Assembly: GCF_018350175.1 (NCBI RefSeq)
Contig: NC_058368.1
Span: 13,330,001 to 13,394,000 of the forward strand
DNA from: Felis catus
Lineage: Eukaryota
DNA length: 64,000 bases
Direction: 5' to 3'
Positions within the stretch are counted from its first letter, which is position 1, and the number at the start of each line of letters is the position of its first letter. The position numbers and the translations under genes are program-made. Shown in pieces: positions 1 to 13,519 of this stretch. Below the pieces are notes generated by a model. That model was not told the origin of the DNA. It did no database searches and was given only the letters and a program-made list of their open reading frames with translations.

Positions 1-282
1 AACCTTGGGCCACTCCGGTGGTCCTTACAAGATGGTTTTGAGCAGCTGGAGGGTGGGGGGGATCTCAGAGCTTGGCTTGCACTTCACAGGATAGAGTTAA
101 CATTTCATGGATAATATGCAGTAATTCTATAGTATGAAAAATCTATGACTTGAATAGATCTGAAACTTAATTAATGCCATTCAAAATGTTTTTTGAACAA
201 AAGTCTACAATGTGTAAAACAAACAAACAAACAAAAACCAATTCTCCACTACCTTCTGAAGAAGAGCCCACCCAATAAAGTT

Positions 283-313
<31 letters not shown>

Positions 314-356
314 ACTGCCTGGGCTACGTTGTTACATATTTTGACTCCTCTCTCTC

Positions 357-542
357 TTTTTAAGTTTATTTATTTATTTTGAAAGAGAGAGAGTAGGGGA
401 GGGTCAGAGAGAGGGAGAGAGAGAATCCCAAGCAAGCTTCTCACAATCACTGTGGAACCCAATTTGGGGCTTGAAATCATGAACCATGACTTAAGCGGAA
501 ATACAGCCAGACACTTAGCCGACTGAGCCACCTAGGTGTCCC
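357..542 (-). mobile_element. Can-SINE (SINEC, feliform type)
   Basis: T-rich tail (tttatttatttattttg), (GA)n block and terminal gactgagccacctaggtgtccc, the reverse complement of the Can-SINE 5' end; flanks ttgactcctctc / ttgacttctctt resemble a decayed TSD. Confidence 0.92.
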
Positions 543-863
543 TGTTGACTTCTCTTAAGAAAAGATTCATAAAAAATGATTTAAATAAGTTTGATTAAGC
601 AAATGGGAGGTGACTGAGTGGTGACCAAAGGTCTCCCACCTTTCCCTTTCAGTATCATACTGCCCTATAAAACCCAGCAGTCTGCAGATTCTCCCGAGGG
701 CTTCCTCTCTCCTGCTCATTTCTGGCTTTGCCCTGGGCTCCTGCAGGACACGGGAGCTCACTCACACCTGACCTCTCACAGATTTCCCCTTTCTCTTTTT
801 TATGCCAGTGGAGACATGGAAATCAGCCCTTTCCTTGTTTCCACTAACAAATTATTCACCCCA

Positions 864-1101
864 GGTGAAGGTGAAGGGGATTACGAGGTATAAATTTTCA
901 GTTATTAAATAAATAAGTCACAGAAATGGAAAGTACAGCATAGGGAATACAGTCAATAATATTGTAATAGCATTGTATGGTGACAGATGGTCACTGCACT
1001 TATGGTGATCACCACATAATGTATAGAATTGTTAGATCACTATGTCATACACCTGAAACTAAAATAACATCGTATGTCAAATATACTTCGATAATAAAAA
1101 A
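864..1101 (+). mobile_element. L1 3' end fragment (carnivore L1_Carn/L1MA9-like)
   Basis: gtacagcatagggaatacagtcaataatattgtaatagcattgtatggtgacagatgg...acacctgaaactaaaataacatcgtatgtcaa followed by an A-rich tail matches the recalled L1 3'UTR. Confidence 0.85.
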
Positions 1102-1339
1102 TTATTTTGTATATATCAGATTTTACAAAGATTAAGGCTACAAATGTAATTTGTGCTATAGATATGCAACAAGCTAAAATTGAATATTAGTTTTCTGTTT
1201 TTATAAATATTTCTTGGTACTTTAGAAGAAATGGCCTGTAGACTGTGTCTGTATTAGTCAGATCTCATCTCATCCCATCCTCTCCTCTCCCCTCCTCTCA
1301 CCTCCTTTCCTTTTCGTTCCCTTCCCACCCAGGTGCCCC

Positions 1340-1541
1340 AATGTTTATTTATTCTGAGAGAGAGAGTGCACAAGCAGGGGAGGGGCAGAGAGAAAGGAAG
1401 AGAGTGAAAGAGAATACCAAGCAAGCTCCACACCATCAGCACAGAGCCCAATGTGGGTCTCGATCTAAGGAACCACTTGATCGTGACTTGAGCCAAAATC
1501 AAGAGTTGGAAGTCCAACTGACTGAGCCACCCAGGCACCCC
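1340..1541 (-). mobile_element. Can-SINE
   Basis: aatgtttatttattctgagagag ... gactgagccacccaggcacccc. Confidence 0.93.
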
Positions 1542-1736
1542 TGCTTTTCCTCTTCTTAACACTTAGTATTGACTTGCTATTATTTTAAATTAACCTGAAG
1601 CCTCAAAGAGTTAGTTTATGGATTTTTATAATTGGGTGTCTACAGTGTGGGATAGTTGGAAAAAAAAAAACTATGTCTATTCCCAAATAAGTATCATCTT
1701 AGCTCAGTGTTTTTTTTGTTTTGTTTTGTTGTGCTC

Positions 1737-1763
1737 TGTGTGTGTGTGTGTGTGTGTGTGTGT
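1737..1763. repeat. (TG)n microsatellite
   Basis: About 13 perfect TG units. Confidence 0.97.
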
Positions 1764-1779
1764 TTAGTAGACATATTAG

Positions 1780-1942
1780 AGCCAAATTCTAGATCCCTTA
1801 CACACTGGGTGTCTGACCTTGGATAAATTATCCTCCAGGAGTTTTAGTTTCCTTATTAGTGATGAGGTTGGCAATAGCCCACAGGACTGTTTGAAGATTA
1901 AGTGAAGGAACACAGCCGGGTGGTATAGATGCTCAGCATATG
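1780..1942 (+). mobile_element. MIR SINE fragment
   Basis: tgaccttggataaatta...tttagtttccttatt...caggactgtttgaagattaagtga resembles the MIR core. Confidence 0.65.
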
Positions 1943-3227
1943 AACAGATGAGTTACACACCTGACTGCAGAATTGTGATCTAAATTATGCTGGTAGGGTA
2001 GCTTGGCTGCTAGCTCTTAATGTCTTTAAGCTTCCAAAGAACTGATAGCTACACTAACAGCCTACATATTAATGGAAGAGCCTAAAGAATCTTCTGGAAA
2101 ATGACTCCCACTCAGCAGAGCTCCCAACTTCTCTTGTACTAAAAAGAGGTGCAATTAAGTGGAGCATTCAGTTCACCTCAGAGCAGGGACCTTCTCAAAG
2201 AATTATGCCATCCCCAACCTGCAGAATATTTCTTATTAAACTGCTTGAGAACCCCTCATATTGGCTCAGTTCTTCAGAATAAACCAACCAACCAAACAAA
2301 CCAAAACAGGGCATCCCTGCCCTTCTTGCCACACCTACCTCACAGGAGGGTGGAATGATGTTATCCAAGACACTATTCCCCCTTTGACCATTGTTCCCTG
2401 ATTCCCACTCACCCAGTGAGAAACTCATCACCTCCTCACCCCTGACTCAGACTTAGGTGGTAAGTTGTACTAAATCTCCCTAAGGAACATTGATAGGCTG
2501 GTCTTCAATACCCAGTGAGCATGTGTGGGGTGAAGACAGATGCCCTATTAGGTTGGAGCTCAGCATATAGCTAAAGAGAATTACATAATCTTTCATTAAT
2601 TTACTAGGAAAATGTATCAGCAGAGCTCATTAATTTCTAAAATTAAATTCACTAGGGAACAAATTTAAGGCACAGTTTTCCCATGAATTTCTAAAGGCCC
2701 CTATTACTTATTTCAGCAGAGAGATTGTATCAGGTGGCAAGTAAGCATCTTTGTAGAAATAGCAGGATTGGGACATGGTTTCCTAAGAAATACAACTAGA
2801 AATCCCCAAGATAGAAAACTCCTAGAGCATAAGAAATATCCCCTCTAGTCTTCTCTGTAGGAGGTTAACAAACATTTGACATGTAACCTGCATACATACC
2901 TTCCCTTTTTTCATTTAAACAGTTCAATTTTTAAAGAAAAATATATCAATCACACACTAGATGTAGGGAATCAAAAAGACCCAACTCAGGTATGTCTTTT
3001 TCATCATTCAGAATGCAAAGGGCTTGGATTTGAACATGAAAGCTAAAGTTCTTGACCATAAAGGGGTAAGTGGTCGGTGTGCCATTTCATCTCCAGATAT
3101 GAGTGAAAAATGTGCTTTTATTGTTTTGGGGGACTTTGGTTAAATACATTAAAATTATTGGGACTATGAGAGTTTAAATGGGAAATCTGCACAATTCCCA
3201 AACTTCAATGCCTTTTAATATAATGAT

Positions 3228-3405
3228 AAAATAATTATCAATATCATTTGTTGAGCATTTTCTATGCATCAGGTACATTAGGAAAACGACCTTTAAGCCT
3301 TGCAATCACCCTGCCAAGACAGATGGCGTTTGAACTATGAATACTGTACAAGAGTTACAAAGCCCAATTTTTGAAGCCAGATCTGTCTTGATTTCAAAAT
3401 CCAAG
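3228..3405 (-). mobile_element. MIR (possibly MIR/L2) fragment
   Basis: atttgttgagcattttctatgcatcaggtac...ttgaagccagatctgtcttgatttcaaaatcc. Confidence 0.55.
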
Positions 3406-4209
3406 GCATATATTTCAGTTGGATCCTGAAAGCATATTTGCCACACTGACCTGTCACATATCTGTGGCTGACGACTCCGACTTCAGTTTTCATTTTGAAT
3501 AATGTTGAAGATAGGCATATGTCAAGTTTTGGTCTCTTCTCTATTTAGTGAAATTGTTATTTTTTCTTTAAGATTCTGAATTGTTTAAAAGAATAATAGA
3601 GAGCCATACAAGCGGATCTTATATCAAATGTTTGTCAAACTCTTGCAAGAAGATCCAAGCAGATTTTTCCAGACAAATTTTATTTTAAGCATTATCCTAT
3701 TTTGTTATTATCCCTACACGTACACAGAAACCACATATTCTTATGTTCTCTTTCTCATTCTTCCTCTTGAGTCAACGCCTTTGCCTCTCAGGTACAAGGC
3801 TCCTCCTCATAGTCGTGGCTTCTTGGACAGTTTGGCCCAGGGGACATCCCTCTAAACAGCTTTTCCTGCACTTGATCCCTAAGGACACAGTAGAGCTAAG
3901 AATGGAGCTTAGATAGCTACAAAGCACCAAATATCAGCCATGCTATAACTCTGGTAGCCAACTCGGGATTCTTGATCACTACCCCCCCCCAAAAAAAATA
4001 AAAGCTGAGTCCATGACCTATCTATCTCCTTGCTGGATGATACTTTGAAAGAAAGAGCTACATATGCTTCACTGTTTCAGCCTCAGAGCACAGCCCAGTG
4101 CCTCAGTCATGTTAGATGCCCAGTACATGTTTGCATAAAAGATGAAAAAATATGGTCTCGTTTTTGAGCTCCTAACCCTTTATTATGACATGATTAATAC
4201 TTTTCACTA

Positions 4210-4440
4210 AGTATTACATACATAGCCTTCATACATACATGAGCCTTCATCTCATATATATCTCCTTTATGAGTGTGTGCATATTTATGGTATATGTATA
4301 AAGGATAATATATATACATATACATGAATGCCCCATATTCCTGTTTATATCTTGTATATATCATATATCTCCTTATATATATTATATGTCTCTTTTATAT
4401 ATCATATACATATACTTCATATAGATGTTATATATTATGT
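4210..4440. repeat. TA-rich low-complexity tract
   Basis: Degenerate (TA)/(TACA) repeats. Confidence 0.7.
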
Positions 4441-4475
4441 TCTTTAATAAGTTAATTGTATATTGAATTATTTTA

Positions 4476-4669
4476 CATTTTTTATGTTTTATTTGGTTGT
4501 GAGAGAGTGCAAGCAGGGGAGGGGCAGAGAGAGGGGGACAGAGGATCTGAAGCAGGCTCTGAGCCAACAGCAGCAAGCGAGTCTGATGTGGGGCTGGAAC
4601 TCAGGAACCACGAAATCATGACCTGAGCTAAAGTCAGACGCTCAACCCACTGAGCCACCCAGGCACCAC
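4476..4669 (-). mobile_element. Can-SINE with 17-bp TSD
   Basis: SINE body flanked by the direct repeat tatattgaattatttta at 4459-4475 and 4672-4688. Confidence 0.95.
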
Positions 4670-5599
4670 TATATATTGAATTATTTTAGAAGAGCTGGTA
4701 AGCCATAAGCAGTTGTGAAGTTTTCAATAAAATAGAGCTTATCTGCTGGGAAGATTTATTCTCAGTGTAGGTTTTTGTATTAAACAATATAAAGAGGTAA
4801 ATTACATATCACAATACTCAATTTTGTTGAATTTTAATATGTCAAAGTATAAGCATTTATAATTTAGATTACATCTAACTTGAATGTCCTTTAACATAAG
4901 GAACATCAAATGACTGATGTGGTTCCAAATTTATTAAAGTGGTAATTCCAGTAAAGTCCGTCAAGTTTTGCTTTACAGTTTATGCCATGAGCTTGTTAGT
5001 AAATATCTGATTTTTCTTTCTTTTTTCGGCTGATACCAAGTTTGTTCAAGGATGTGAAAAATGAAGTAGTGAACTCTTCACTGAATTTACTTTGGCTTGT
5101 CAATTGATGTTATGACTCAAAAGAAGAGAAAAGCTTCATGAACCATAAGAAATGATTTTATTTGACCAAAAAGTGGCGAATCAAGTCATGTGGAGGAGAA
5201 AATTGTATTTTGTGTGAATGCTGTGATTTCTTTTAGTGCTTTCCTGGTTTCTCAAATATGACCATAGCCTTTTTGTTTGCTGGGTTTTGTTTTTGTTTTT
5301 GTTTTTGTTTTTAGTGTTTGTGTAAAATATAGCTGTTGAATTTCTCAATAGCTATAAGAAAGTTTCCAGTGAAGTGATGGATGATCAATAGTTATTGGAT
5401 TGGTAAATAAGAGTCCAGAGATGTAAGAAGGTCATCTTTTGCTACAAAGGCCAGTGTTGTGTGTGTTGGGAGAATGGAGGGGAGGTATCACAGAGGAGGG
5501 CTGTGATGCTATCCAGCTCATAAACAAAATTATGGATGCTGTCATCACAGGTAGAATATTAGACTGAACTGATTAATGTGTGATTGCTTAAAGTCTTAT

Positions 5600-5765
5600 C
5601 AGCATATCAAATAGATTTGACTTTGAATCTTATTTCTGTCACTTTCCAGCTTGTGGCCTTGGGCCAGTTACTTGATCTTGCTCATCTTTATTTTCCTAAT
5701 CTATAAAGTGGAAATATGATTGTATTTAATTCGTGGAGTTTCTGTGAGAATTAAATTAAATGGAT
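5600..5765 (+). mobile_element. MIR SINE
   Basis: ttgaatcttatttctgtcactttccagcttgtggccttgggccagttactt...tctataaagtggaaat...tgtgagaattaaat. Confidence 0.75.
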
Positions 5766-8700
5766 CAAGGATTCCCTTGTGGGAATGACTTTTTCTAGGA
5801 GGATGGCAAGTGTGTCCCTAAACACATGTAGGTTCAGGAATGAGCTCCCTGTGCAATAATGCTAAGAAGTATATATACTCAGTGGGGAAGCAGTGGGAGA
5901 AAGGCCAGACCCAGCAGTCAGGGGACCAGGAAAAAGATATGTCAACTGGATCCTCTTTCCTTTCCCTCAATCCCCAGATAAATTCATTCGCCAGAATATA
6001 TTCATGAGAATATTTTCTGAATCATATCTCACCACTGTACTTATTCCACCAAAGTCAATAGCAACATAGGCAGTAGAAACTAAATATAATAAGGATGCCA
6101 TGTCTCTAAGATGGCCCCAGAGGAAGAGCATCTAAAGGAACAACTACTAGAATTGCCCTGGGAACACCAGAATGACCATTTATACAGTTGGACCCTGAAA
6201 GATGACAAGCAACGTCCCAGTTCCTTGAGTTCCTGGCTGGGCAGCTTCTGAGAATGCATCCTTTCCCTTTTAATTCATGATTATTTCCATAGACTGCATT
6301 TCCACTTATTGAGAGGGAAACTGATGGTGCCTGTTTGTGCCCTTTGTAACATGAAACAACCCACTGAGCACATGAGTACTCTTCGGCTTTTCCAGGGCCC
6401 TGTTGCTATATAAATTATATTCAACTTCCACAACAGAAAATTGACAAAACGTGAACATTTGTTACGACCTTCAGTTATGACTATAATGCCTTGAAGGACA
6501 TGCAAATGTACTCCTTTAGCGAGAGGAAATCCTCAAGGACACACAAAGTACAAAGGAAGGAGTAAAATTATTTTGCAGGTGGTTGTTTTCTTTTATCCAT
6601 TTTGTTTTTGTGTAGTCACTTATTGGTCCTTCAGTCACCCTCAGGTGGACCTGTGTCTGTCTTCTCTCTCTGGTCTCCCTTTCTTCTTCCTTGGCAGTAC
6701 TCTTAGTCTTTTAAGCCACTCCCCTGCTCTCAGGGCCCTAAATATCTGTGAACCAGTTCTTCTGAGGCCAAAAGGCCCTGGAGGGACTCTGTTGGGCTCT
6801 TCAGCCCCCAGGAGTTGCTGGAAACCTACCAAAGAGATTTTTTTTTTCTCCCATTGATACTGACCACTTATATGACACTGTGTCTTATTATGCTAATGTG
6901 CCACTTTTTTCCCTGTTTACCAGTGACAGACGGGGTGGGGTTAGAAAGGAAGAGGGTGGAGGAAAAAAATCCCATCCTGCTATATATGTGTGAGAAGGCG
7001 GTGCCATGGTTACATTTTTTCTAGGTCACAGTTAATAAACACTGACAAATTGCCTATGAGCATTTTATTCCTGTTATGCTGAGATATGAATATTGGATTT
7101 TAGTTTCTCCATTTTTAATGGAAGAGTCTGCATCCATCACAGGAGGGACAGAAGATGGAGCCTCTGAATTAGAGGCATAGTGCCTATAACAGCTTACTCT
7201 GTAGCTTGAATAATATATTCTTTCCCAAACAGTATTTGCTTCCTGCACCTATACTAGGCACCCAGAGAGTGACTGTCTAATTCGCAAAACCTGTAATGAA
7301 AGTGAATGGCAGCTAACAGCAGGCAAGGTAGTCTAGACTCCTGAATCACCAGTAAAGTAAAAGGGCTTCGCCAGTATTTGTCATTACACATTGAACCATC
7401 ACTTCTGAGAAAGAACAAAATACCCAACGCATTCTCATAATCACCAGCAGCAATTAACATTCTGTGAGCCTGTTTCTCTAATGCCTACGCTCTCCCCGTT
7501 CACAAAGACCTTGTCTGCTCTCCTCTCAAAAACCCTGCATCCTTTTTCAGGCCAGAGAATACAACTTGTAGCTTTGTGCAGTGCCCTACAAAATCAGAGA
7601 GCAGCAACCTACAGCCCCTGGGCTGGAAATGGAGCTCTTTAAACTGCAGATAATAAGTCTTAGTAGTTAGAGAGATGAGGAGAGATAGGACTGAACTTTG
7701 GCTGTGATTCTCCCGGTGTATTTTTGCAAAAGCTCTGAGGGGCCACCATGTGAGGGTTTTATAGCAGCTGGAATTCACTGACATAGAAAGTTAAACCCTC
7801 AGAGCTTTCTATATTACCCTGATGAAGCCATGCAAGGTACATGACAGTTAAACTACCCCTTTTTGAGAAGTTCAGAGCACCACAGTGAAGGACCCTTACT
7901 TGTGAGTTACAGCCACTTTCTTATGCAAGTCGTTATAGGTCATCATGTTTGACAGTGTGTGACTCTGACAAAGAAATGGATTGCACTCAGTTGGGTCCTT
8001 GACCAAAAAACAAAATGTGTGTACTGGCAATGAGTCTCAATTCTGGAATATCATCACATACCTAATTGAGTCTTCTTTGGATGATCCTAGGATGGTGGCT
8101 GGTTCATCATATCCTCTCTTAAGGAGTCTGAAGGAAGATCCATAAAGAGAGTAATGTAGAAACTAGAGTATTGTACAAATTAATATACACTGCTTTACTA
8201 AATAAAAAAATAACTGGAACTTTTAAGCTAAAAGGATTAGTTGGAAGGATACTGAGCCCCCCAGGATTAATTGGAGGCAAGAGGACTGGGTTTGGAAAAC
8301 AGGCAAGCAGGACCCAAGGGTGTCTGGAAGACTGGACAGTAGGAGACCCAGAAGAGTCACACAACAGGAACAGAAAATCTCTGAGTCGTTGTGCTATAGC
8401 AACTGTGAAATGACCTCTGGTCATCTCTTATATTTTTGAGTAGTTTGCTCCAAGATTCAAGGTCCCCAGACTCAGGGACTGACTCTACATCCAATGCCTA
8501 GCCTTGACTGCCCAGGGAAATTGGACTGGAGCCCCGGCAGTCTTTGCAGCAAGAATTGGCCACTACCTCCTTCAATGATCACACACAATGGAACATTACT
8601 TCAAAAGGGAGATTGAGATATCATTTGGAAGAGAGAATTGAAACACCAGTTATGTCAAATGTGGACTGCAGTCACTACTTTTTGCTGCCCCAACACCCAC

Positions 8701-9565
8701 ATTTACACGCTTCCTCCCAAACCTACATGAAGATTACAACACAAACAAATAAGCCACAAATCCTGCTGCATATACAATGCCACTATCCCTCATATTTCAA
8801 TAAACTTCTTACTTTTTCTCTTTACGGCTCCTACCAAATTCTCATGATTTACTGATTTCAGCTCAGACTTGAGATCTCTGCCCATTTATTCACCCTTGAG
8901 AAAGATCACAACCAACTCCATTATAATATTTACTTACATTTGCTGTATCTAATAGTGGGGCAAATGAAAAGTAAAGACAAGAGAAATTAGTTAAAATATG
9001 TAAATATATTCATTAAACAGTAAAGAAGGGAATCTAGGTGGCAAATATTGTCCTCATTTCTGAAATTATTATGAGATGTGTAGATGACTTTCACCTTCCC
9101 CCAACATATTCCCTTTGCATTTAGCCAGAAATCCAGATGCCTCAAGGTTCTTTGACTATTAAAAAACCAATTTAACTTCTGATGCATCTTGACCAAGAGG
9201 TATTTTCAACTTCTAATTCAAAAGTATCACTGCTATGTTTCCCTGGCTGAACAATTCCTCACTTAAGTACAAAAACATCTAAACCAATGGAGCCCAGATT
9301 TGCATGCAAAGTAAAACTCAAACTGAGCTAGGAACTGTTGTTTAAAAGAATGTTATGGACTTGCAAAACAGCAGAGCGTGTTCTAAAGGTAGGTCTTCTA
9401 ACATGATTTCCTTATGGAGACCTCCTACGGGCTGGACACATTATCTCGATCTGGCACAAACACTTTAAATAACATTGAATCTGTTGAGTCATAAAAATTG
9501 AATATCATAGCCCAGACCAGCTCTGAACATTCTCTTGAAACTGTACTCTTAAAATGGAGAAACTT

Positions 9566-9780
9566 AAAAAAATTTTTTTTAAATATTTGTTTGTTTTTGA
9601 GAGACAGAGAGACAGAGCATGAGTTGGGAGGGGCAGGGAAAGGAGACATAGAATCTGAAGCAGGCTCCACGCTCCAAGCTGTCAGCACAAATCCCGATGG
9701 AGGGCTCAAACTCATGAGCTTTGAGATCATGACCTGAGCCAAAGTCAGACTCTCAACCGACTGAGCCACACAGGTGCCCC
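9566..9780 (-). mobile_element. Can-SINE (SINEC_Fc) with 16-bp TSD
   Basis: Perfect TSD taaaatggagaaactt at 9550-9565 and 9781-9796. Confidence 0.96.
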
Positions 9781-9911
9781 TAAAATGGAGAAACTTTTGT
9801 GTTACCCAGAAAAATAGCTTGAGCATCAAACACAAATGTAGTTTATGTGGCTTCCAAAATACAAGTAAGATGACTTAAGTTCTTGGTATGGAGCACAGGT
9901 TAATTTTTCTC

Positions 9912-9916
9912 TTTCT

Positions 9917-9978
<62 letters not shown>

Positions 9979-9983
9979 TTTTT
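9912..9983. repeat. (TTTC)n plus poly-T tract
   Basis: Directly visible. Confidence 0.95.
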
Positions 9984-10589
9984 GGAGACATTCTGAAATA
10001 TCCCAGGCTATTAGAACACCAGAAACTTCACTAAAAGTTGATCTTTTACCTTATTGCTAAAGCGCCTAGGGAACAAAACTGTCTGCTTTCCAAGTCCTAT
10101 TAGCATGGTGTCAACAAGACACTAGACCGAGAAGGCCAAGGTTTCTATTGATTTAATTGCAGAACAAAATTAGGAGGTTGACACATCCCTGAGTTAAATA
10201 TCTGTCAAAAACAATCTTCTGTTCTTACCTGCTTATTAAGACAAAGAAAATAAAAAGTATTAAGATCACAAGTTGTACATCAAGTGCTCAACGAAGATGA
10301 CACACATCTGTGATATAAATTCCGTTGGAGGTATACCAGGTGAGCTGTCCATTGTCATCCTGCAAGATCCATCTACTTTGCCCTATGAAAACTGGACAAT
10401 TAAGTGGAAATATGATTCCATATCTCTGCATATTTTTAATATTTAATAATCTCTATGATGTTCTCAGGGATTTTGATATGCTTTTTGGCTTACTATTTGA
10501 ATAGAGATAGATAGTTCCAATGAACTTGCATTGGCCATTCTGACAAGTCTTTAATCATGAGTCAAAGAGTCAATAAACTCACCTATTGA

Positions 10590-11616
10590 TAATAAAAATA
10601 CAAATGAGCCAATTAGACAAAATCTGTATAAACATTTCTCTAAAACAGTTATGTATATGGTCAATAAGCACATGGAAAGATGTTCAACATCATTAGTCAT
10701 GAGGGAAATGCAAAAGAAAACAAAAGGAGAAACAAAGCAGCATGCACTGAATGTTTTTTACTTCACACTCACTAAGACAACTGCAATCAAAAAGATTGAT
10801 AATCACAAGTTATGGTAAGGCTGTGGAGAAATAAGAACCCCCAAAGTAGTTGGTACAGCCCCTCTGGAAATGCAGTTTGGCAGTCCCTCAAAAAATGAAA
10901 CTTACTATTTGACAATATCACACCTAGGACATAATGAAAATAAATGTCCACACAAAAACTTGTACACAAATGTTTATAGCAGTATTATTTATAATAGCCC
11001 AAAAGTAGAAGCAACCTATATGACCATCAACTGATGATAGGCTATAAAAAGGGAAGAATTACTAATAGATGCTACAACCTGAATGGACCTTGAAACCAAT
11101 ATGCTTTTAGCTTTAAAAAGCCAGAAACAAAAGACATATATGTGACTTTATTTATAGAAAATGTCCAGGTCAGCAATACATAGACAGAAAGCAGATTAGT
11201 GATTTCCTCGGGCTAGGAGTGATGGGAAAATTTGGAGGTGATAGATATTTCTATGGGCTTCTTTTGAGGGTGACATGTTCTAAAATTGTGGTGATGGGGG
11301 CACCTTGGGTGGCTCAGTTAGTTAAGCATCTGACTTGGCTCAGGTCCTGATCTCACAGTTCATTAGTTTGAGCCCCACATCAGGCTCTGTGCTGACAGTT
11401 CAGGGCCTGTAGCCTGCTTCAGATTCTGGGTCTCCCTCTCTCTCTGCTCCTCTCCTGCTCATGCTCTGTCTCTTTCTCTCTCAAAAATAAAATAAACATT
11501 AACAAATTTTTAAAAAAATAAAATTGTGGTGATTGATGCACAATTCTGAATACAGGAAAAGCCATTGAATTATCCACTCTAAGGGAGTGAATTGTATCTC
11601 GATAAAGCTGTTATTA
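10590..11616 (+). mobile_element. L1M (L1MB-like) 3' region, interrupted by a SINE
   Basis: aagcacatggaaagatgttcaacatcattagtcatgagggaaatgcaaa; aaatgtccacacaaaaacttgtacacaaatgtttatagcag; ends tgtatctcgataaagctgtt. Confidence 0.88.
11296..11518 (+). mobile_element. Can-SINE (SINEC_Fc) nested in L1, 15-bp TSD
   Basis: TSD taaaattgtggtgat at 11281-11295 and 11519-11533. Confidence 0.96.
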
Positions 11617-11864
11617 ACAAGAGAGAACAAGTGAGTCATCTTTTTGCTCCAGTTATGGAAGGTAAATATTTCAACTCTATACTAGGTTGAAGAAAAATCA
11701 CTGATTGGATCTGAAATCCCACTATGTTTTTTTCATGAAGATTTTAGTCAAACTTTATCATGGCTCCGTAAATTCCACTTGGACAGGTAGCAGGATCCCT
11801 TGAAATTAGTATTTATTGACAATGCACAAAGTTCCATATAGTTTAAGGTTTATCCCATTCCCCA

Positions 11865-11865
<1 letters not shown>

Positions 11866-11919
<54 letters not shown>

Positions 11920-11923
11920 TATA
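11866..11923. repeat. (TA)n microsatellite with short CA interruption
   Basis: More than 20 TA units. Confidence 0.97.
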
Positions 11924-12479
11924 TTCCCTGGTTAATAAACATAGGTCTCCTTGTGGAAATCTAGAAGGAAAGCGTAATGCTAAGCAGATCAGAGTACCTT
12001 GTAGGGTTGTCACAAAGTCCTTGTACTTTAAAGATCTGATTTGTAAAATAACTCAGGTCAAGTTTTGTCTAAGAGACTCTGAATCTCTGTTAGGATGGCA
12101 TGTTTCAAGGGCTTTATTTATTTATTTATTTACTTTTACTTTACAAATGAGGGAGAGCCTTAGAGGGCTAGCCATCTATCTGTGTCCCAGGGATCCCACA
12201 GACAAGTAGCCATCACCAAAACTCTTTGCAGGTCAGACCATTCAAACTGCCACCTCAGCTCTGCTGCTGATTATAGAAAATGTGAAGGGTGACCACATAA
12301 CTTCTTTCTCCTTGAAATCCACTGCCTTCCCACTCCCTTGCCACAGTTGGAAATCCCATTTCATTCAGCCAACAGAGGAGAGCACTTCTCAGACTCAAGT
12401 TTTTAGAAAAAAGAGAATTGCTTGGGAATATAGTTAGGGGTTCATGATGGATTCCCTCCAGCATTCCTGGCTTCCAATG

Positions 12480-13470
12480 CCCTGTTTTTAATCAGGTCTA
12501 CTGAGAGATAATTTACATACAATAATGATCACCCATTTCCAGTGTATAGTTTTATGATCTCTTAGAGCTGCCATAGCAAAGTACCACAAACTAGGTGACT
12601 TAAAACAACAGAAATTTATTGTATCAGTTTGGAGTCTACAAGTCCAAAGTCAAGATGTTAGAATGCTCTCTCCAAAGTCTCTAGCACTAGTTCCTACCTT
12701 GCCCCTCTCAGCTTCTTCTGGTCCCAGGTGTTCCTTGGCTTGTGATAGCATAACTCCAATATCTGCCTCTGTCTTCACATGGCAATTCCCCCTGTGTGTC
12801 TGTGTCCAAATTTCCCTTTTATTATAAGGACACCAGTTATTGGATTAGGGCCCACTTACACTAGTATAACTTTATCTACAACCATCCTATTTCCAAATAA
12901 GTTCACAATCTGGGGTACTAGGGGTTAAGACATCAACATATATTTTTGGGTAGCACAAGTTAACATCATATACCCATCCTCACAATCAAGAAACAGAATA
13001 CTCCCATCCGCCTAGAAAAATCCTTTTGAAGTACTTTGCATTCTATTCCTTCTCTCCACCTCTTGCCCCTGACAACCACTGACCTGATTGCTTTTGCTAC
13101 GGTTTGCCTAGAATTTCACATAAATGGTAATATATGTATTATACATATCTAATGATTTTAAGCACATAATCTTGTGTTTGGCTTCTTTCACTCAACATAG
13201 TGATTTTGTACATTTGTACATTTTGGCATAGCAAGAGTTTGTTCATTTTTTAATTGCTGATTAGATAAATATACCACAAATTATTTATATATATATGCAA
13301 TGCTTTATGGGCATTTAGATTTTTTTCCAGTTTTGAACTGTTATAAATAAAGCACTATGAACATTTGAGTACAAGTCGTATGTTCACATACAGTTTCATT
13401 TTGGGAGAGTAAATATCTGGGAATGAAGTTGCTGGCATATGGGCTAAGGGTGTGATTAACTTCCAAACTT
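12480..13470 (-). mobile_element. L1M 3' region (antisense), split by a MaLR LTR
   Basis: tactgagagataatttacatacaataa...; cccctgacaaccactgacctg...tagaatttcacataaatgg...tggcttctttcactcaacatag. Confidence 0.8.
12550..12971 (-). mobile_element. MLT1-family (ERVL-MaLR) solo LTR
   Basis: gctgccatagcaaagtaccacaaactaggtgacttaaaacaacagaaatttatt...ataaggacaccagttattggattagggccc...tttccaaataagttcaca. Confidence 0.88.
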
Positions 13471-13519
13471 TTATATATGTGTATATATGTATGTGGTCTA
13501 GAATAGACTCGATTTAACA

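Noticed and set aside
6400..6510. TATA box (gctatataaa) plus octamer (atgcaaat) as a promoter
   Set aside because: The octamer lies downstream of the plus-strand TATA, no gene follows, and such short motifs are expected by chance in 64 kb.
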